The notes under the pieces: model-generated
The model's input: the letters and a program-made list of their open reading frames with translations, nothing else
The model's database searches: none
What the model was told of the DNA's origin: nothing
Source of the DNA: an uncultured SAR324 cluster bacterium
Lineage (GTDB): Bacteria > SAR324 > NAC60-12
DNA: 64,000 nucleotides
Direction: 5' to 3'
NCBI GenBank assembly: GCA_905182865.1
Contig: CAJJCY010000003.1
Span: 393,740 to 457,739, forward strand
Shown here: one piece after another, positions 57,907 to 64,000 of the stretch
Layout: each line of letters opens with the position of its first letter
Numbering within the stretch: the first letter of the stretch is position 1
Made by a program: the position numbers and the translations under genes

Positions 57907-58656
57907 TTACTTTGCCTGAAAAATATTGCTCCAAAGTTTTCCTGAAACTTGGCGTCCTATTTCGGCAATGGATTCAGTAAGAGGGATGGATTTTGGACAG
58001 GCTTCAACACAGTTTTGCGCATTGCCGCAATCGGCAATTCCACCTTCCTGCATAAGAGTGTCTAGCCGCTCATCTGCTATGTTTTTTGCAGTAGGATGCA
58101 TGTTGAAAAGGCGTGTTTGACTGATGGCCGCAGCACCAAGGAAGTTGTTGTTGAGACTGTATTGTGGACAAGCTTCCAAGCAGCATCCGCAAGTCATGCA
58201 CTCAGAAAGTTTGTAGGCAATTTCCTGATGACTTTGAGGTTCACGGTTTCCAGGTCCAAGATCGTGGTAGCCGTCTGCTGTGACCCATGCCTGTACTTTT
58301 TTCAAGGCACCAAACATCCGGGATCGATCCACTGCTAAATCACGAATTACCGGGAACTTGCTCATGGGTTCCAAAGTGATCGGTTTTTCAAGTTGATCCA
58401 CTAATGCACTGCAGGACTGACGTACCTTTCTGTTAATCACCATTGTGCACGAACCGCAAACTTCTTCCAGGCAGTTGCAGTCCCAGACCACCGGTGCGAC
58501 TTTTTCTCCTTTGGAATTTTCTGGATTTGCCTGAATATCCATCAAGCAGGAAATTACATTGGAGTTTGGCACATGTGGAATGACGAAAGTTTCCCAGTAA
58601 GGTTTTGTGTTTTCCGAATCCTGGCGTTTTATTTTGAAAGTAATTGTATCCGGCAT
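57907..58656 (-). CDS. sdhB: Succinate dehydrogenase/fumarate reductase iron-sulfur subunit
   Basis: 2Fe-2S Cys cluster 'CNCLEEVCGSC', and 'CMTCGCCLEACP' and 'CGNAQNCVEACP' ferredoxin motifs. Confidence 0.9.
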   Translation of the reverse strand: MPDTITFKIKRQDSENTKPYWETFVIPHVPNSNVISCLMDIQANPENSKGEKVAPVVWDCNCLEEVCGSCTMVINRKVRQSCSALVDQLEKPITLEPMSKFPVIRDLAVDRSRMFGALKKVQAWVTADGYHDLGPGNREPQSHQEIAYKLSECMTCGCCLEACPQYSLNNNFLGAAAISQTRLFNMHPTAKNIADERLDTLMQEGGIADCGNAQNCVEACPKSIPLTESIAEIGRQVSGKLWSNIFQAK

Positions 58657-58724
58657 AATATCATTTATGATTTAAGTTTTCGGATTTCGTTTTTCAAAAT
58701 CCAATTTTGCAGATGTTATGTGAA

Positions 58725-60681
58725 TTAGTCGTATTTTCTAGGACGTGGAGCAATGAGCGAAGTGTCCACTGCTTCATAAGAAATATCCGGCCCTCCGTTT
58801 TGATAAGTCGCAATGGTGCTTTTGAGCCATTTTACATTATTTTCGGCAAAGCGTTTCATATACGTCAAGTGTTCCGGATTAAAGCCTTCTTCATTGACTT
58901 TTCCGGCGTCTTTCTGTTTTTCATATTCCAGATAAGATTCTGGTCGGAAATCGCTCGGCTGATTGAGGTCAAATTCCGGTTTGTAATGTGAACCCCGGAA
59001 TTCGTCTCTTAACAACGCACCCTTGGTGATTATCTTGGAAAGCTGAATCATGTTCCAGAGTTGGTTGATGAAACTTGGAACCGGATTTGACCAATCTGTT
59101 GTATCAACACAGTTTATGTTCTTCCAACGCTCTTCAAATTCGTCAATTTTTTCGAGCGTTGCCTTCAACTTAGAATTTTCTCGGACAATCAAAACATTGG
59201 AAATCATTTCCTCTGCCATTTCTCTGTGCAGTGCATAAGGGTTCTCATTTCCGGACATTTTCTTAATTTCTGCATATTTTTCCTGCCATTGTTTAGTTGC
59301 CTCCGTAAACAATTTTTCAGGAACATCATCAGCCAGCTTCAGGGACATTTTTGACATAATTGAGCACGCCCGGACTCATCATCAAACCTGTGTAAATGCA
59401 ACTCAACAAAGAATTTGCTCCCAGGCGGTTTCCGCCGTGATACTGATAATCCGCTTCTCCCGCCGCATAAAGCCCAGTGATTGAAGTCATTTGATTTTGT
59501 GGCGATTGGTGGTCGATTAAACCTTCCTCAGTTCTCGTGTAATCTGTCCAAATGCCACCCATTGAATAATGCACCGCGGGAAAGATTTCCATCGGCTCTT
59601 CACGGGGATCAGCACCGGTGAACTTTTCGTAAATCTCAAGAATTCCACCCAGACGATGATCAAGAAATTCACGCGAGAGATGAGTCAAATCCAGATAGAC
59701 TTTCATTTCTCCGTGAACGCCTAATTTATCGTTCACGCAAATATCGTAAATTTCACGTGCTCCAACGTCTCTCGGCACCAAATTTCCAAAAAGCGGATAG
59801 CGCTCTTCAAGGAAATAAAAACGTTCTGTTTCAGGTATATCTTTGGGCTTACGTGAATCACCGGCTTTTCGCGGTACCCATACTCTTCCGCCCTCTCCTC
59901 GTGCGGATTCACTCATCAAACGTAATTTATCACGACCGGGAATGGCTGATGGATGAATTTGGATAAATTCGCCGTTCCCATATTTTGCGCCCTGTAAATA
60001 TGCAGAAGTAACTGCAGTTCCTGTGCAAACCATGGAATTGGTGGAACGTCCGTAAACCAGACCTGGGCCTCCGGTGGCTAAAATAACGGCATCCCCTTTT
60101 TCGGAGCTAATTTCGCCTGAACGCAAATTGTGGATGACCGCACCAATGCAGCGTCCATCACCGTTTAGTACAGCGCCAAGATATTCATGACACTCCATTT
60201 TTTTGACCAGGCCCTGTACTTCGTAATGGCGTACCTGTTCGTCGAGTGCATACAAAAGCTGCTGGCCTGTAGTTGCACCGGCGAATGCAGTGCGGTGATA
60301 GAGCGTTCCTCCAAATCTACGAAAATCAAGATTGCCTTCAGGAGTTCGGTTGAAAGTAACTCCGAGCCTGTCCATCAGGTTGATGATATACGGTGCATGA
60401 TGGCACATATCTTTGCAAAGCGGCTGGTGTGCTAAAAAATCACCACCCTTCACGGTATCATAAAAATGAATGTCCGGAGAATCTCCCTCGCCTTTGATAT
60501 TGACTGCCCCGTTGATGCCTCCCTGGGCACAAACTGAATGCGAGCGTTTTACCGGTAGAAACGAAACCAGCAAAACTGACATACCCAGTTCAGCCATTTT
60601 CATGGTTGCGGCCAATCCGGCTAAACCACCTCCAATTACAATTACTCGTTGTTTGCTCATCTGAAAAGATCTGTTTACCAA
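58725..60681 (-). CDS. sdhA: Succinate dehydrogenase/fumarate reductase flavoprotein subunit, split into 59329-60681 and 58725-59357 by a one-base indel in a C3/G3 run near 59342
   Basis: FAD motif 'VIVIGGGLAGLAA' and the covalent-FAD region 'RSHSVCAQGGIN'. The downstream ORF continues the C-terminal domain. Removing one C restores 'KNVLKLADDV'. Confidence 0.85.
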
Positions 60682-61292
60682 ATTGCAGACAGTGCATACA
60701 GGGCACTTGCCGATAAAATAAAGAAAAGAAGAATGCTAAAAATACGAACCCGTATTTGGGATTTTGGAGTGAGGGCTATACCCCAGGTCATGCAAAAGGT
60801 GTTGAGGCCATTTGCAAAATGAAAGACTGCTCCCAGGACACCAAGCAGGTAAACCGTCTTGGTTATTATACCCGATTCAGGGTCACTAAATCCGCTGGAA
60901 AGATGCTCAAAATGGGTTCCCCAGGTCCCGGATATCCAAGGCCCAAACTTGGTGTTCCAAACATGTGCGAGAATGAAAAGTAGTACGCCGACACCGCTGA
61001 TTCGCTGTAGCCAATACAACAGGTGTGAAAAATATGTGTAAGAAGGTTGTACGGTGGATTCAAATATAAGGCGAACACCAAGGAAGGCGTGAAAGAAGAG
61101 AGGAATATAAACAACTATGACTAGGGTCCAAATCGCCAAGGGACTGTCATAGAAACTGTTGACTTCAGCATTGTATGTTTCTGCCCCTGAATGCAGATAC
61201 AATTGCAAATAGAGATGATACACTAGAAACAATCCCACCGGCACAACACCCGTCAAACTGTGAATGCGCCGCATTAGAAAATGTGAGTCCAT
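60675..61292 (-). CDS. sdhC: Succinate dehydrogenase/fumarate reductase cytochrome b subunit, b558 family (Bacteroides type)
   Basis: Five-TM protein of 205 aa with His ligands. It sits immediately upstream of the flavoprotein gene. Confidence 0.8.
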   Translation of the reverse strand: MDSHFLMRRIHSLTGVVPVGLFLVYHLYLQLYLHSGAETYNAEVNSFYDSPLAIWTLVIVVYIPLFFHAFLGVRLIFESTVQPSYTYFSHLLYWLQRISGVGVLLFILAHVWNTKFGPWISGTWGTHFEHLSSGFSDPESGIITKTVYLLGVLGAVFHFANGLNTFCMTWGIALTPKSQIRVRIFSILLFFILSASALYALSAIW

Positions 61293-61438
61293 AAATCACC
61301 CTTAACTAAAATAAATACGTTAAATAAACCAGCAGATCTGCATTTATTTTAGCACGAAAGGCAGAAAATTAGAAAGTGGTTATTTCTGTGACTATCGGAT
61401 CAGAATGATCTAATGCAATTATGAAAGCGACAGAAATC

Positions 61439-61708
61439 TCAGCTTGCGACAGTATTTGAAAGGGACAGTGCAAGGCGCGACTTGTAGCGTGCGCCGGTAC
61501 GTTTGTGCAGGATTCCTTTAGTGACAGCTTTATCGATATTTTTTTGAACTCCAGAATAAGCTTCACGTGCCTGATCCATATTTTTTCCATCCACTATCAG
61601 GCGGAACTTTTTGATGACTGTGCGCAGATCTGCTCGCTGAGAACGTTTCTGTGCAGTACGTTTTATTGTTTGTCGAACACGCTTAAGCGCTGACTTGTGA
61701 TGAGCCAT
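61439..61708 (-). CDS. rpsT: 30S ribosomal protein S20
   Basis: 'MAHHKSALKRVRQTIKRTAQKR...'. Confidence 0.9.
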   Translation of the reverse strand: MAHHKSALKRVRQTIKRTAQKRSQRADLRTVIKKFRLIVDGKNMDQAREAYSGVQKNIDKAVTKGILHKRTGARYKSRLALSLSNTVAS

Positions 61709-61726
61709 AAGTGTTTTCCTTTTTTC

Positions 61727-62086
61727 TTAAAAAGCGTTGATAAAATGATCAATGTTCGGCGGTTTTCCATCCACCAGCTGTACAGCAATCACGTCAAAAC
61801 GAGGTTGCAGGTACGTTAGATGCTTCCGACTGAGATAAAGTTCACCCAGTTTGCGCAACTTTCCAATTTTTTTCGCAGTTACCGATAAAGACGGGTGCGG
61901 TCCACTGCTGCCCCTGCGGGTTTTTACTTCACAAAATACAAGAAACTCACTGTAAGCTGCAATAATGTCAAGTTCACCAAGTCTTGAACGGTGATTCCGT
62001 TCAATAATTCGATATCCTTGCTCTTGCAAAAAATTACAGGCAATTTGCTCTCCTGCTGCTCCAGTTTGCTGTCGTGCCTTTGTCAA
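61727..62086 (-). CDS. yraN: YraN-family (UPF0102) endonuclease
   Basis: 'GELDIIA' and 'CEVKTRR' motifs. Confidence 0.8.
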   Translation of the reverse strand: MTKARQQTGAAGEQIACNFLQEQGYRIIERNHRSRLGELDIIAAYSEFLVFCEVKTRRGSSGPHPSLSVTAKKIGKLRKLGELYLSRKHLTYLQPRFDVIAVQLVDGKPPNIDHFINAF

Positions 62087-62094
62087 AGCAAATT

Positions 62095-62700
62095 CTATTG
62101 AGCAGTAGACGATCTGTCCAGTTTTGACAGAGATTTGAGCCTGAAAGATCGTCTATGTAAGGGTGACAATCCATATTTCTCAATGGCTGCCCTATGTTGT
62201 TTTGTCGGATATCCTTTGTGACCTTCAAAGTGCCATTCCGGATAACGTTTTGCATTTTCGACCATTACTCGGTCCCGTGTGACTTTGGCCAAAATTGAAG
62301 CTGCAGCAATGCTTTTGGAACGAGCATCTCCCTTAACTACTGCCTCACCCCGAATTGTAGTTTGCGGGAACCTGTTTCCGTCAACAAGAGCATAATCCGG
62401 AGCAGGTTCTATTTCAGTCAGGCAGCGTAACATTCCATGAAGCGTAGCCTGCAAAATATTTAGCCTGTCAATTTCTTCTGCAGAAATTGTGACGATTTTA
62501 AATGCCAGAGCCTCAGAACAAATAACTTCAAATAACTGTTCCCGTTTTGTTGAAGAAAGCTTTTTAGAATCGTTCAGAGGATGCTCGGCATTCCAATCTT
62601 TTCCTAAAATAACTGCTGCATAACATCTGCTTGGCTACCGGCCAGTTGGCCTCTTCCTCCTAATCATCTACACCAGCAACTTGCTGTAACAAATCTGCAA
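62095..62700 (-). CDS. rnhB: Ribonuclease HII. The N-terminal ~80 codons are frameshifted near 62635-62645.
   Basis: The C-terminal ORF 62095-62454 matches RNase HII. Upstream, 'GRGQLAGS' and 'AAVILGKDW...' lie in adjacent frames. Confidence 0.75.
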
Positions 62701-62720
62701 CGTTTGTAGCAGCACTGTTT

Positions 62721-63107
62721 TTAATAAATTCCGCAGAAATAACCTGATGGCCGCGCCGTAATACGTTCTTTGATCCGGGCTGCTTTTCCACTACGGTCTC
62801 TCAGGTAATAAAGTTTTGCCTGGCGCACTTTCCCGACTTTAATGACATCAATACTATCAATCCGGGGAGAGTGTAGTGGAAAAATTCGTTCAACACCATA
62901 CCCCTGGGTTACTTTTCGTACAGTGAAAGTGGCTTTATTGTTACTTGCACTGCAGTGCTTGCCAATGATGACACCCTCAAATGCTTGTATGCGTTCTTTG
63001 TTTCCTTCAGTAATTCGGTAATTAACCCGGACGCTGGATCCGACTCTTAGCTCCGGCAACCCGCTGCGTAATTGCGATTGCTCAATCTTTTCCATTACAG
63101 TAGACAT
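62721..63107 (-). CDS. rplS: 50S ribosomal protein L19
   Basis: '[25 protein letters not shown]...'. Confidence 0.9.
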   Translation of the reverse strand: MSTVMEKIEQSQLRSGLPELRVGSSVRVNYRITEGNKERIQAFEGVIIGKHCSASNNKATFTVRKVTQGYGVERIFPLHSPRIDSIDVIKVGKVRQAKLYYLRDRSGKAARIKERITARPSGYFCGIY

Positions 63108-63146
63108 TTTTTCTCGTTTGCAAAGGTGAATAATTAGTTATCTGTA

Positions 63147-63854
63147 TTATTTAATTTTAGTTTTGCATTGAAGCAACTCCGGACGGCGATTTTTTGTCCG
63201 CTCTAAAGCTTGTTCTTCACGCCACTGGGCGATAATTTTATGGTTTCCTGACTTTAATTCTTTCGGAACTTCCATACCCTCAAAACTTGCAGGTCGTGTG
63301 TATTGCGGAAATTCCAGCATGGGCTGCGTGAAAGATTCATGTACAGCTGATTCTTGGTTACCAAGAACGTCGGGTACAAGTCGACTGATGGTTTCAATCA
63401 TTGTCATAGTAATGACCTCACCTCCCATACAGATGAAATCTCCACCCGAAATTTCCTCATCCACCAAACTGCGTAACCGTTCGTCGAATCCTTCGTAACG
63501 GCCGCAGATCAGTGTCAAGACTGCTTTTTTACTACTTAACTCTCTTGCTTTTTCCTGTGAAAAAGGTCGTCCCTGCGGAGTCACTAAAATTGTGTGAGTT
63601 TCCCGGCCACTGCTGAGGTGAAACTCTTTTTGCTCCTTAAGTGTCTGAGCAATCGGCTCAATCTGCAAGACCATTCCCGGTCCGCCTCCGTAAGGTTTAT
63701 CATCTACCTGTAGATGCTTCCCGTGTCCGTGCTTGCGAAAATTGACCAGACTTACATTCAGGTACTGCTTCTCAATTGCCCGTTTAATCAGGCTTTCTTC
63801 CAGAAAAGAAGTAAAAATATCTGGAAATAATGTTAAAACTTCAAAGCGTAACAT
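63147..63854 (-). CDS. trmD: tRNA (guanine37-N1)-methyltransferase
   Basis: 'MLRFEVLTLFPD', 'DDKPYGGGPGMVL', 'ICGRYEGFDER'. Confidence 0.9.
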   Translation of the reverse strand: MLRFEVLTLFPDIFTSFLEESLIKRAIEKQYLNVSLVNFRKHGHGKHLQVDDKPYGGGPGMVLQIEPIAQTLKEQKEFHLSSGRETHTILVTPQGRPFSQEKARELSSKKAVLTLICGRYEGFDERLRSLVDEEISGGDFICMGGEVITMTMIETISRLVPDVLGNQESAVHESFTQPMLEFPQYTRPASFEGMEVPKELKSGNHKIIAQWREEQALERTKNRRPELLQCKTKIK

Positions 63855-64000
63855 TACTCACCGGTGCTGTTTCTTCAATCAATCCAGGTAACGGGTCAAT
63901 TTTCATCCGCCGGCAATCAACATCCAGTTCAAGTACTACATGCGGAACATCCGGAATCATGAAACTGCTTTTACCGTTACGCACCTCATAAACGTTGTTT
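63841..64000 (-). CDS. rimM: Ribosome maturation factor RimM (C-terminal part; the gene runs off the window)
   Basis: PRC-barrel-like 'YEVRNGKSSFMIPDVPHVVLELDVDCRRMKIDP'. The stop overlaps the trmD start, giving the classic rimM-trmD-rplS order. Confidence 0.6.
   Translation of the reverse strand, partial: NNVYEVRNGKSSFMIPDVPHVVLELDVDCRRMKIDPLPGLIEETAPVSNVTL

Overview
This 64 kb window is low-GC (~42%) bacterial chromosome from a diderm (Gram-negative-type) organism. Evidence for the diderm call includes TatC, BamD, LpxD, a GT9 heptosyltransferase and a flagellar P-ring. Most of the window is ordinary core metabolism. There is a late-flagellar cluster (flgI, a rod-binding flgJ N-domain, flgM, flgN, flgK, flgL, csrA, fliW), with a sigma-54-like site upstream of flgI and a textbook sigma-28 promoter upstream of flgM. 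There is a Bacteroides-type succinate dehydrogenase/fumarate reductase operon (cytochrome b558 subunit, flavoprotein, FeS subunit), then a heptosyltransferase, pgi and a ribosomal cluster (rpsT, yraN, rnhB, rplS, trmD, rimM). Housekeeping genes also include queF, a metC-like gene, moeA, lpxD, yggT, scpB, xth and rsmG.

The notable items are these. (1) A membrane-anchored thioredoxin-fold gene whose in-frame TGA aligns exactly with the first Cys of the CxxC motif, so it is probably a selenoprotein with a UxxC centre. (2) A GC-rich (~55%) segment of about 5 kb carrying sugar epimerase, GT4 glycosyltransferase and umuDC genes; it lies between a tRNA-Ser(UGA) and a tRNA-like element whose anticodon and acceptor stems cannot pair. 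(3) A cell-surface locus on the minus strand, 49.3-55.0 kb. It encodes a large lipoprotein with a recent ~300 bp tandem duplication of an Ig-like domain plus SbsA-Ig-like and LamG domains. It also encodes a signal-peptide/FecR-domain protein followed by an extraordinary low-complexity tail: KE-rich, collagen-like, seven copies of GPEGE(E/Q)GGMMM, and Gly/Asp/Tyr repeats. A secreted beta-rich protein sits beside them. (4) An AfuA/PhnS-family ABC transporter whose ATPase gene is a multiply lesioned pseudogene; it is co-located with a Cys-based phosphatase and a DadA-like FAD oxidoreductase. (5) Several non-coding repeat and operator-like elements.

Many genes appear split by indels at homopolymer runs (thermonuclease, sdhA, rnhB, the epimerase, the surface proteins). 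This looks like systematic sequencing or assembly error rather than biology and should be resolved before interpretation. No CRISPR array, integrase or transposase could be supported.
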